DNA of 64,000 nt from an uncultured archaeon. Its GTDB lineage: Archaea > Thermoplasmatota > Penumbrarchaeia > JASLWR01. Positions 48,792 through 57,702 of the stretch are shown here, piece by piece. The position numbers and the translations under genes are program-made. The stretch lies in NCBI GenBank assembly GCA_964430885.1, contig CAYSHM010000011.1, positions 1-64,000 on the forward strand, read 5' to 3'. How positions within the stretch are numbered: the stretch's first letter is position 1; every line of letters begins with the position of its first letter. A model generated the notes under the pieces. The model searched no databases. It was not told the origin of the DNA and saw only the letters and a list, made by a program, of their open reading frames with translations.

Positions 48792-50213
48792 ATCAAAGCC
48801 ATAATACTGGGGTTGGATGGGGCGACGTGGAATCTCTTAAGGCCTCTAGCTGATAGGGGATATCTACCAACCTTCAAAAGGCTGATGACCGAAGGATGCT
48901 GGGGGAATCTCGAGAGTACAAATCCTCCTGTTACATTTCCTGCGTGGAAAAGTTTTTCAACAGGGATGAATCCAGGCAAGCTTGGGATATTTGGGCATAT
49001 TCAGCTGGAAAATGGAAAATTAATTGTATGCAATTCAACCACTGCAAAAAATAATACTGAAATATGGGATCATATGTCTGCAGTTGGTAAGAGAGTAGCA
49101 GTTATCGGCGTACCCATTACCTACCCACCCAAGCCAGTGAATGGAATAATGGTATCGGGACCTTTCTCGGTGGGACATAATTACACCTATCCGTCAGAAT
49201 TGGAAAAGACCCTGGAAAAGAAATATAATTATGATCCTTTTCCCGAGGAATTCCTTCTATCTGAGGAAAAGGATATTGAAGTACTAATAAGGAATGTAAA
49301 ATCCAAATTTGATTTTCTAGATGATGTAGTCGAAAAGGATTATGATCTGGTCTGTTCGGTCATTTTTGAAACGGATACGGCCCAGCATTTTTTATGGAGA
49401 ACAAAGGGATTGAAAAAATTCTGGAAGGTTATAGACCGCAGATTGAATGGTTTGGTCACTTTCATTGATAACAACCCTGAATACAATCTTATCATGTGTT
49501 CAGACCATGGATTTCATGGTATGAAAGGCGCTTTATATCTGAATGAATGGCTGAGGAAAAAGGGTTATTTGAAGTTGAAGGGTAAATTCAAATGGATTCA
49601 CGTCTTAAGTAAAATGGGAATCACCAGCAACTTTCTTTATTCAATGGCAAGAAGGTTAAGACTTCTGAAGATACTCCGAAAAACCTTTTCACCCGAGACC
49701 CTTAGAAAGATCGGAAAGACACTGCCTACAAAAAATAAAATGATATTAGACCAGGGGATTGGGAGTATTATAGACATGGACAGGTCCAGAGCTTTTTTTG
49801 TTGAAGGTGGTATTTATATTAAGAATCAAAGGGACAAGACAAAGATATTGAAGGAGTTATCCCGGTTGGAGGATAAGGATGGTATTAGATATCTGGATAT
49901 AAAAGATAAAACAGACGAATATTGGGGTGATTATGTTGATGCGGCCCCGGATATTCTAGTGTGGTCGAAGTATTACTCTTTAAGAGGCCATGTATCTTTT
50001 GAGAAGCGGAAGGAATTGGTGTCATCTGCCGAGGAAGATAAGTGGGTTGCAACTCACCAGAAACACGGAATTTTTCTAGCTTACGGTGCGGACATCAAGA
50101 AGGGGAAGAGGGTTGACGCCCATATCTATGACATTGCACCAACTGTACTATCAATGTACGGATTGAAGAAATCAAAGGAAATGGATGGGGAAGTAATAGA
50201 GTCTATATTTTGA
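48792..50213 (+). CDS. Alkaline-phosphatase superfamily phosphodiesterase-like (COG3379), paralogue 3
   Basis: (I)KAIILGLDGATW, STNPPVTFPAW, TGMNPGK, DTAQH, SDHGF; inferred ATC start 48792, 6 nt after SD GAGGTGA. Confidence 0.87.
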   Translation: MKAIILGLDGATWNLLRPLADRGYLPTFKRLMTEGCWGNLESTNPPVTFPAWKSFSTGMNPGKLGIFGHIQLENGKLIVCNSTTAKNNTEIWDHMSAVGKRVAVIGVPITYPPKPVNGIMVSGPFSVGHNYTYPSELEKTLEKKYNYDPFPEEFLLSEEKDIEVLIRNVKSKFDFLDDVVEKDYDLVCSVIFETDTAQHFLWRTKGLKKFWKVIDRRLNGLVTFIDNNPEYNLIMCSDHGFHGMKGALYLNEWLRKKGYLKLKGKFKWIHVLSKMGITSNFLYSMARRLRLLKILRKTFSPETLRKIGKTLPTKNKMILDQGIGSIIDMDRSRAFFVEGGIYIKNQRDKTKILKELSRLEDKDGIRYLDIKDKTDEYWGDYVDAAPDILVWSKYYSLRGHVSFEKRKELVSSAEEDKWVATHQKHGIFLAYGADIKKGKRVDAHIYDIAPTVLSMYGLKKSKEMDGEVIESIF

Positions 50214-50285
50214 AAAATCAGTTTGATATTTCAGCAATAAATTATGCTCATTTTAATTCTATACATGTGAATGGAGGTTTAGTGA

Positions 50286-50453
50286 GTGAATATAACCTAC
50301 GAGATCGATAAAGGACACCAGAGTGACATGTTGAAAATATATGATAATGATAAAATGATTCTGGCGTTTGAGGGTAATACTAAAGTCCGTATTTTTAGAA
50401 AGGATTATGTAGAGATTCGAGTGAAAGAAGATTTTCGAATTCAAAAGAAATAG
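50286..50453 (+). CDS. Small hypothetical protein (55 aa), not in ORF track
   Basis: SD GGAGGT 7 nt before GTG; MNITYEIDKGHQSDMLKIYDNDKMILAFEGNTKVRIFRKDYVEIRVKEDFRIQKK*. Confidence 0.5.
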   Translation: MNITYEIDKGHQSDMLKIYDNDKMILAFEGNTKVRIFRKDYVEIRVKEDFRIQKK

Positions 50454-50458
50454 TAATT

Positions 50459-50470
50459 GGCCCGCCCGGA
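50459..50470 (-). repeat. 12-bp duplicate of the tRNA-Pro 3' end (att-like remnant)
   Basis: ggcccgcccgga at 50459-50470 equals 50534-50545 inside the tRNA. Confidence 0.55.
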
Positions 50471-50531
50471 CCGCAGAAAAATTGAATATTTTTCGAGGAC
50501 TCTTGGGTCCATCATGAACTCAGGCGAATGA

Positions 50532-50604
50532 TGGGCCCGCCCGGATTTGAACCGGAGTCTATGGCTCCCGAAGCCACAAGGATACCAAGCTACCCTACGG
50601 GCCC
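50532..50604 (-). tRNA. tRNA-Pro (anticodon CGG), intron-less, CCA not encoded
   Basis: GGGCCCGTAGGGTAGCTTGGTATCCTTGTGGCTTCGGGAGCCATAGACTCCGGTTCAAATCCGGGCGGGCCCA folds as a cloverleaf; loop TTCGGGA; T-loop GTTCAAATC. Confidence 0.96.
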
Positions 50605-50950
50605 ACTTATGAGCGAACATTTGTGAGCGATTAAGTTGGTCTGTCAGCGAAATCTTTGATGTTGCTATACGGCTCCATTACGAGTGAAAGTTAAGCAATA
50701 CTCTATTGTAAAAGAGATGGCCTATCCCTCAAATACTTATTTTCTGGAAAATGTACCAATTCTTATTAAGATATTGCCTTGATAATTTATTTTAAAAATC
50801 CAAGAGGCGACTAAATATTTACATTGACTGAAGCCTTTTTTTCAATTTTTTCAAGGAAAGGAATGTTTTTTACTATAATGAAGATAATTTTTAATATAAA
50901 ATGCGCTATTTCCCTCTGGTTAAGAATATTTAAATTCAAAGGTGATATTA

Positions 50951-51331
50951 ATGGGATTGTGGCAAGGAAGGTCCAAGAGAAAGGAGACAGGTGGCCGAAG
51001 ACGACATACCAGGAAGAAAAGAAAATACGAGTTGGGTGATGACACGCTTTACACCTTCGTTGGTGAGAGAAAGACCCGAATGATCCGATGCAGGGGTGGA
51101 AAGGAAAAAGTAAGGCTTCTCAGAGCAGACATGGCTAATGTTATGGATTCAAAGACTAATAAATGTCAAAGGGTGAAGATAATAAGCGTACTGGAAAACC
51201 CTGCAAATGTTCACTATGTTAGAAGGAACATTGTCACAAAGGGAGCAATAATCGAGATTGAGGACGGCGGCAAAGCAAAGGTCACTTCAAGACCCAGCCA
51301 GCACGGCATTGTAAATGCTATCAAATTATAA
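50951..51331 (+). CDS. rps8e: 30S ribosomal protein S8e
   Basis: MGLWQGRSKRKETGGR, KRKYELG, NPANVHYVRRNIVTKGAII, TSRPSQHGIVNA; ATG 50951 after AGGTGA. Confidence 0.96.
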   Translation: MGLWQGRSKRKETGGRRRHTRKKRKYELGDDTLYTFVGERKTRMIRCRGGKEKVRLLRADMANVMDSKTNKCQRVKIISVLENPANVHYVRRNIVTKGAIIEIEDGGKAKVTSRPSQHGIVNAIKL

Positions 51332-51405
51332 TGTTGCCGATCTTTGAAATAATTATTGTTAGAGTTTAAGATGCAGGTATTAAAATTCAAAATAAAGATG
51401 ATAAA

Positions 51406-51786
51406 ATGGTATCCAAAAGAGAAGGTTTTTTAGTTTTATGGCCGACTTATTTTGATAAGGAGACATCCCGAAGGGATGGCCGTAGGATACCATCGTCATA
51501 TGCTGTGCCCGCTCCAAGCGGGGAGGATATTGCTTTCATCTGCAGCCGAATTAAACTTACACCTCATTTGCATAAGGAAGTGGCCCATCCACGGGAACCC
51601 TTGCAAAAAATAACCAGGGTATTGGTCAGAAAACCCACTCACAAAGGTAAGAAAATCTCTAAACAGAAACTTCTGAAAATTATCGGAAAGCGCTTATTCA
51701 AATGGTTCTCTGAAGTTACTGAAAAAAGGAGAAAACAACAATTGGCTCAGATCCTAGATAAGATCAAGGTTTACGAACAGGAATAA
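51406..51786 (+). CDS. srp19: Signal recognition particle protein SRP19
   Basis: VLWPTYFD...SRRDGRRIP...HPR...SKQKLLKII; adjacent to rps8e as in other archaea. Confidence 0.88.
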   Translation: MVSKREGFLVLWPTYFDKETSRRDGRRIPSSYAVPAPSGEDIAFICSRIKLTPHLHKEVAHPREPLQKITRVLVRKPTHKGKKISKQKLLKIIGKRLFKWFSEVTEKRRKQQLAQILDKIKVYEQE

Positions 51787-51916
51787 GAAATGTTCATTAT
51801 CACTACTGCCCTAAGATTTGAAAACGATTAGATAGATTAATAAGTTAAGATTGAAGTAATGATATTAACGAATACTGATTGGAATGGGAATTTGAATACA
51901 GATATGAGGGATTAGT

Positions 51917-52246
51917 CTGGGACGAGAAAACAGGTATAATAATACAGATGATGGGTACATCCGGGTTAAGCTTCCGCACAAAAAGAAAGGTGAGATATTC
52001 GCCATTGCGGAGGATCTTCTAGGTGGATCACGGCTTATTGTGATGTGTGAAGATGGCAAATCCAGGATGGCAAGGATACCTGGCCGTATGAAGAAAAGAA
52101 TGTGGATCAAACCTAAGGATCTCCTTATAATAAAGCCCTGGCAATTCCAGGATGATAAAGCAGATGTTGTCTATAGGTACATCAAATCTCAAGCAAGTTA
52201 TTTGTCCCGTAAGAATAGATTGCCTAACATTATTGATATTTTTTAG
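51917..52246 (+). CDS. eif1a: Translation initiation factor aIF-1A (non-canonical start inferred)
   Basis: In-frame RVKLP...GEIFAIAEDLLGGSRLIVMCEDGKSRMARIPGRMKKRMWI...PWQFQDDKADVVYRY; no ATG/GTG/TTG between upstream TGA 51905 and 52040; CTG 51917 follows GAGGG. Confidence 0.9.
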   Translation: MGRENRYNNTDDGYIRVKLPHKKKGEIFAIAEDLLGGSRLIVMCEDGKSRMARIPGRMKKRMWIKPKDLLIIKPWQFQDDKADVVYRYIKSQASYLSRKNRLPNIIDIF

Positions 52247-52364
52247 TAGCAAAATAACTGAAGGAATAATTGCATTTATTCCTTGTTGGAATATATTTCA
52301 GGCGTCCATTCCAAATAATTCTACATCCTGTTGAAGTTCCGTTTTTTATTCGAGAAATATTAAA

Positions 52365-53225
52365 ATGAACAATGAAAATATTGGAATAATATGTCTAAAC
52401 ATACGGAAGATTGGTAAGATGGGATCAAATGAGATGTATCAGCTGCTGGAGGAGAGGATTGATGGATATAGGAAGGTTAAAAGAACCAAGAGGGATGATT
52501 GCCAGAGAAAAGCTTTCAAAGAGGTTTTTGATAACTCCACATTAATGGTTCTCTATAAAATGATCACCAAGGGTTACTTGGACACCATTGATTATCCCAT
52601 ATCCACCGGAAAGGAGGGTAATGTCTTCAAGGCCACTGACAGGGATGGGAATCCCCTGGTGGCAAAGATATTCCGCACCACGGCAGTTACCTTTAAGAAT
52701 ATAATGAAGTATATAGAGGGGAATCCCCGTTACCGCAATGTGGGTGGGAATCGCCGTCAACTCATATTCACCTGGGCTAGAAAGGAGTTTGATAATCTCT
52801 CCCGTATGAGGAAGTACGGGATAAGGGCTCCAATTCCCTATTATGTTGATAAGAATATCATAATCATGGAGTATATCGGGAACGATATTTCTCCTGCACC
52901 GCTATTGAAAGCCGTACCCATTCCAGATCCAGATAAATTTTATTTAGATACCATAGATACCTATTTCAGAATGTTCAATGAGGCAAAATTGGTCCATTCC
53001 GACCTGAGTGAGTATAATATATTGGTAGGGGATAATATGGAACTAATTTGGATAGACGTGGGTCAAGCAGTCATTTTGGATCATCACATGAGCTATAGCT
53101 GGTTGGTGAGGGATATTAAGAATATATCAAATTTCTTTAAAAGACGCGGCGCGGAGACAGATTGGAAAAAGGCGGTGAGATATGTCCGCTCAGGGGAGTT
53201 GAACCCTGAAGGATTTCAATGCTAG
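52365..53225 (+). CDS. rio1: RIO1-family serine/threonine kinase
   Basis: EVFD, ISTGKEGNVF, WARKEFDNL, MEYIG, VHSDLSEYNIL, IDVGQAV. Confidence 0.93.
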   Translation: MNNENIGIICLNIRKIGKMGSNEMYQLLEERIDGYRKVKRTKRDDCQRKAFKEVFDNSTLMVLYKMITKGYLDTIDYPISTGKEGNVFKATDRDGNPLVAKIFRTTAVTFKNIMKYIEGNPRYRNVGGNRRQLIFTWARKEFDNLSRMRKYGIRAPIPYYVDKNIIIMEYIGNDISPAPLLKAVPIPDPDKFYLDTIDTYFRMFNEAKLVHSDLSEYNILVGDNMELIWIDVGQAVILDHHMSYSWLVRDIKNISNFFKRRGAETDWKKAVRYVRSGELNPEGFQC

Positions 53226-53249
53226 ATATCAGTTTACGGGGTGAAATAA

Positions 53250-53810
53250 ATGCAGTATGTAAGAATACCGAAGGACCGTATTCCAGTTCTGATAGGAGAT
53301 GACGGAAAAATCCGAAAACAGATCGAGGCCAAGACCGGAGCAATGCTTAGAATAGATTCATCAGAAGGAACAGTTACCATAGATCTCTCTAAAGCGGAGG
53401 ATCCCATGCATAAGTTGAAGGTCAGGGATGTAATCAAGGCAATTGGAAGGGGTTTTAATCCAAAAAAGGCTATGAACATAATTGACAGGGATCATTATTT
53501 TGAATTAATAGATATCAAGGAGTATGCTGGAAACAATCCCAAAAGGATCAAGCAGTTAAAGGGAAGGCTTATCGGTAAGGAAGGGAAAACAAGAAGGCTG
53601 GTAGAGAACCTCACCGACTGTCGCCTTTCAATTTACGGCCATACTGTTGGCATGATCGGGGAGGTGTTGAATGTTTCCATTGCTAAAACTGCTATAGATA
53701 TGCTTCTGGAAGGTTCAAAACATGCCAAGGTTTATCAGTACCTGGAAAGCAAGCAGAGAGATCTTCGGTACAAGGATGATAATTATTTTTACGATGGCGA
53801 AGAAATCTGA
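53250..53810 (+). CDS. KH-domain pre-rRNA processing protein (Pno1/Dim2-like)
   Basis: RIPVLIG, KAIGRGF, KGRLIGKEGKTR, GSKHAKVY; conserved aIF-1A-RIO1-KH cluster. Confidence 0.9.
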   Translation: MQYVRIPKDRIPVLIGDDGKIRKQIEAKTGAMLRIDSSEGTVTIDLSKAEDPMHKLKVRDVIKAIGRGFNPKKAMNIIDRDHYFELIDIKEYAGNNPKRIKQLKGRLIGKEGKTRRLVENLTDCRLSIYGHTVGMIGEVLNVSIAKTAIDMLLEGSKHAKVYQYLESKQRDLRYKDDNYFYDGEEI

Positions 53811-53871
53811 TCTTAACAATCAAGTATAACAAATAACAAACAACAACTGCTGTTTTCAGCACTTCTATATA

Positions 53872-56700
53872 TCACTGCAACCTGCATTTGCATTCAGGAC
53901 AGAGGAGCCATCCGTCTTCTACATCCGATCCGCAGTTGGGACAGCTAGGTGATTCCTGTAATTCGTCTTCGCTCTCGCTTTCGTCGAGAAGTTCAGCATC
54001 GATAGTTTTGGGTTTGATTGCTTTTTTCTCAACAACCTTAGGCGGTTTTGGAGATTGTACCGGCAGGTCTTCTGAAAGGGTCGATCTGGCCAGATCTGAT
54101 AGGTTCTGGTATGAATTGGCTTCATTCCTATAGCCGCTGGGAGGTCCCCGCTGGAATTCAGATATTCCAGGCAGATAGGACATATCAGACTCGGGGTATC
54201 CCGTACCTCCAAATCCCTGGCCTGCCGGAAGGGCCAATTGCTGATAGTTGGCCCCAAATCCCATAGGTCCTGGGGGAAGATAGGCATTCGCCGAATAGCC
54301 AGGATATGGAGCAGGCATGGGTAGTGCAGGATGTTGATAGAGTGGCCCGCCGTAAGGATAGGCCCCCATACCGGCACCTTCACCGCTGAGATCGGAAGTT
54401 CTCACCGAATAACCAGGTTGAACTCTCTCTTCTTTACTGGACTCGCCCATGGGTCCTACCATCTCTGGTTCTTCTTCTTCCTTTCCTTTACCCTTAAGGA
54501 GAAGCAGTACGCTTCCGGCTATTATCAGAAGAACAATGAGTATTATCAGCAACCACCAGTACCAATTTTCCATAATTTTCCCCATTTTATCGTCATCGCT
54601 CTCGGTCTTCGTCTTGGCATTGAAACGAAGTAATGATTCTTCGGTATAGAGCAATTCACCCCTTTCCTCAGACAGCTCATGGTCGTGGCGGTTACTGCTT
54701 TGAATCACCAATTTCAGGTTCACCAGGGGCTTTGTTACTTCATAGTCATCTATGATCTTTGTATAGCTTATATTGGCCGCAATTGAATCTATAGCTATCT
54801 TTTCCAAGGAGGTTTCTGGCAGGTCCTGGTTGGTAAAACTGATATTGATCTTTTCAATTGTCTCTGTTCCGCGGTTTTCGATCCTCAGTACCAATCCAAT
54901 CTTATCGCCCACATCGATTTTATCCCTATCAACATCATCAGCTAAACTCAATATAGGTATCACCAGATAGGGGCTTTCCAGAACCCTAATGGTGGTTGTA
55001 ATATTGGACGTAGCACCGTGGTCGTCGCTGACAGTTAGAGTGATCTGATGAAGGCCCGGTTCGAGGTTATTTATTAATGATGCACTTTTACCCAGCTCCC
55101 CTGAGATGTTGGATTCCCAGGTATAGAAACTGTCCCTGATATAGTCGCCGTCAGGGTCCTTGGTACCAGTAGCATCAAAGGTAATTTCTTCCCAGGTGTA
55201 ATACCCTTCTGAAGGGAATTCAGGGTCTGATAGTTTGATAACTGCGTTGGGGCCTTTGTTGGGTATCTTAATACTAGCCTCTGCTACCTCACCGTCAACA
55301 AAACTGTCATTGGGTATTACCTCGACCTTCCATGTATCAAAATGATTCAATTCAGTACCGGGGATCTGTTTTTTATCCACACCGGACAGTCCGCTCTGGA
55401 TCTCTCCGTTCCTGTACCACATATATGTATATGTGATGCGGTCTCCGTCGCTGTCCCTGGACGGCGAGGGATTATCCTTTGTGATTATACAGCTCAATGT
55501 CTCACTGCTGCTCTGGGTGTTGAGCTGAAGTTCAATATTCGGAGAATCAGGCGGATGGTTCACTACCTTGAAACTGTCTAAAACTATCTCTGAATTCTTG
55601 TAACCGTCAGTTGAGTAGAGCTCCATATAGTAGATATTGGCCATGGTGTTGGTATATTCATCTAGGTCCCCATAGGATAGTTCTTGATTTATTGTATATT
55701 CAGGCAGAGAAAGGGGAACCTCGTTTGCGATGGATTTCTCGTATGAGGGGGTAGCACTGATGCTGATTATGTATTTAATCTCTCTTTCGTCCTCAGGATC
55801 GGGGTCTGATGAAGGTGACCATGTGATCCTCGGTTCAAGTTCATGTGTGGTCAGTTCCTGGTCATCTATCTTCGTATCCCCGTCAACCTTGATGCCCACC
55901 GGTTTGGAGGGCGGAGTGTTCTCCTTGATCTCAAGATTCCTTTGACATTGGTCGGTCACATCGGACCAGAGTTCGTTTTCATCCATCACGCTGAATGTGA
56001 TCCTGTGAATACCTGATGTTAGGGGATTTTCAAGTTCCAAACTGGAGAATTGTCTCTCGTCACTAATAATTCCATCTATGCTGGATTCCCACTTATATTC
56101 AATGATATCATCGTTATCCTCGGTATCGGTTCCCTCTCCTTCAAATTCAACTTCGCGGCCTTCTCTTGCCGATGAGGGAGTAATTGAGGTTATGGAAGCT
56201 ACAGGCTTGGCATTGGTGGTAAATTTCCAGTTGGAGTATTGTCCCCATCCGTCCTCATCATGACATTTGACCGCCCAATAGTAGATTGTATCCATGATAA
56301 CCTTTTCCCCGGAGATCTGATGGCTCTTTGCGGACCCAATTTCTCCATCATAGATGTTCCCTGTAGCACTGTCGCTGTTGCATGGGCCCAGAGTGGATAT
56401 CTTGAGCCAAGTATTATCAATATCCTCGTGGGCGCCTCTGTATACCTCGGTCTGCTGCCAGGTCAGCTTAATAGACGGGCCTGTCAAACCTGTGGCGCCA
56501 TCCCCGGGAGAGGGATTCTTCGGCTGTCCGGGAGGATGTGTCGTTCTGCTGTCTGATTCCTCCATGGGCTGCGAGAAAACAGTTATTAGACCCAGACCTC
56601 CGATTAAAAGGGCACATATAATGAATAAAATCTTGATCTTCATCATCTTTTTTATCTCATGGTTATTGGATTTTCCTTTGATCATTCTATCACATTCCAA
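53872..56700 (-). CDS. Single-pass surface protein (FN3/PKD/CARDB-like repeats), Pro/Tyr-rich tail and C-terminal Zn ribbon
   Basis: Signal; PGQPKNPSPGDGA, YKWESSIDG, DPDGD, TVSDDHGA, IENRG; TM WWLLIILIVLLIIAG; CPNCG...CPEC. Confidence 0.8.
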   Translation of the reverse strand: MECDRMIKGKSNNHEIKKMMKIKILFIICALLIGGLGLITVFSQPMEESDSRTTHPPGQPKNPSPGDGATGLTGPSIKLTWQQTEVYRGAHEDIDNTWLKISTLGPCNSDSATGNIYDGEIGSAKSHQISGEKVIMDTIYYWAVKCHDEDGWGQYSNWKFTTNAKPVASITSITPSSAREGREVEFEGEGTDTEDNDDIIEYKWESSIDGIISDERQFSSLELENPLTSGIHRITFSVMDENELWSDVTDQCQRNLEIKENTPPSKPVGIKVDGDTKIDDQELTTHELEPRITWSPSSDPDPEDEREIKYIISISATPSYEKSIANEVPLSLPEYTINQELSYGDLDEYTNTMANIYYMELYSTDGYKNSEIVLDSFKVVNHPPDSPNIELQLNTQSSSETLSCIITKDNPSPSRDSDGDRITYTYMWYRNGEIQSGLSGVDKKQIPGTELNHFDTWKVEVIPNDSFVDGEVAEASIKIPNKGPNAVIKLSDPEFPSEGYYTWEEITFDATGTKDPDGDYIRDSFYTWESNISGELGKSASLINNLEPGLHQITLTVSDDHGATSNITTTIRVLESPYLVIPILSLADDVDRDKIDVGDKIGLVLRIENRGTETIEKINISFTNQDLPETSLEKIAIDSIAANISYTKIIDDYEVTKPLVNLKLVIQSSNRHDHELSEERGELLYTEESLLRFNAKTKTESDDDKMGKIMENWYWWLLIILIVLLIIAGSVLLLLKGKGKEEEEPEMVGPMGESSKEERVQPGYSVRTSDLSGEGAGMGAYPYGGPLYQHPALPMPAPYPGYSANAYLPPGPMGFGANYQQLALPAGQGFGGTGYPESDMSYLPGISEFQRGPPSGYRNEANSYQNLSDLARSTLSEDLPVQSPKPPKVVEKKAIKPKTIDAELLDESESEDELQESPSCPNCGSDVEDGWLLCPECKCRLQ

Positions 56701-56907
56701 TGAATTGTGTTGAATACGGCATTATTGCCCCATTATATCCAGGTTTAAACCATTTTCTAATACTAATAGATTTTTATCAATATTTCAAAGGGTCGAGAGT
56801 TATAAATTGCTGAGTTCAAAGACCAATTGGATATATCAAGGTTCTTGGAGGCTACATATAATATATTAGATTGCAGTTCCTGGTAGCTATTGAAATAAGG
56901 TGATTTT

Positions 56908-57702
56908 ATGAACGATCATGCTGATTATTCTGATGTTGAGATTTCACGAGCAATCATTACCAGATATTTCAACAAACTCGATGACCATTTGGAACTTGAT
57001 GTGGCAATAGGAGGTGCAGGTCCTGCGGGATTATGTGCTTCCTACTATCTAGCCAAGGCGGGATATAAGGTAGCTATATTTGAGAGAAGATTATCTCTGG
57101 GCGGTGGTATGTGGGGCGGTGGAATGATGTTCAACGAACTGGTTGTAGGACCCGGAGGGAAGAGGATACTTGATGAGTTCAGCATACCGAATGCTGAATG
57201 GAAGGAAGGTTATTTCACAGCAGATTCGGTACATTGTGTGGTGCAGATTGCAGCCCGGGCAATGAGTGCAGGAGCAAAGATATTCAATCTGATTTCAGTG
57301 GAGGACCTAATGGTCAATGACGAAGGTGTTGCAGGACTGGTTCTTAACTGGAGTGCGGTGGAGATGGGTGGTCTCCATGTTGATCCACTTTCAATCGGTG
57401 CCAAATACGTTATTGAGGCCACGGGCCATCCACTTGAGATAATAACAACCCTAGTAAGAAAGAATGATGTAAAGCTGAATACCTCAACAGGAGGAATTCT
57501 TGGAGAGACATCCATGTTTGCCCAGAGAGGGGAAAAAATGGTTGTTGAGAACACACGGGAAATTTTTCCTCATCTTTATGTAGCAGGAATGGCGGCCAAT
57601 GCAGTCTTTGGCAGTAATCGCATGGGGCCTATCTTCGGAGGTATGCTGGAGTCAGGAAAGAAGGTTGCTGAAGATATAATCAAGAAGCTGGAAAAAGAGT
57701 GA
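56908..57702 (+). CDS. thi4: Sulfide-dependent adenosine diphosphate thiazole synthase Thi4
   Basis: [21 protein letters not shown] (His at the DCR position), [14 protein letters not shown]. Confidence 0.95.
   Translation: MNDHADYSDVEISRAIITRYFNKLDDHLELDVAIGGAGPAGLCASYYLAKAGYKVAIFERRLSLGGGMWGGGMMFNELVVGPGGKRILDEFSIPNAEWKEGYFTADSVHCVVQIAARAMSAGAKIFNLISVEDLMVNDEGVAGLVLNWSAVEMGGLHVDPLSIGAKYVIEATGHPLEIITTLVRKNDVKLNTSTGGILGETSMFAQRGEKMVVENTREIFPHLYVAGMAANAVFGSNRMGPIFGGMLESGKKVAEDIIKKLEKE

Noticed and set aside
33182-50604. Intact integrative element or provirus inserted at tRNA-Pro
   Set aside because: No integrase or viral genes were seen, and the only tRNA-end duplicate I found is ~60 bp from the tRNA rather than bracketing the locus.
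52040-52246. aIF-1A as a truncated pseudogene (68 aa in track)
   Set aside because: The missing N-terminal half is present in frame without stops; a non-canonical start explains it better.
56700-56907. Possible TPP riboswitch upstream of thi4-thiDN (GCTGAG seen near 56809)
   Set aside because: The downstream conserved core (CCTGA...AATGC...GCGTAGGGA) and the P1-P5 pairings are absent; the region is AT-rich promoter-like DNA.
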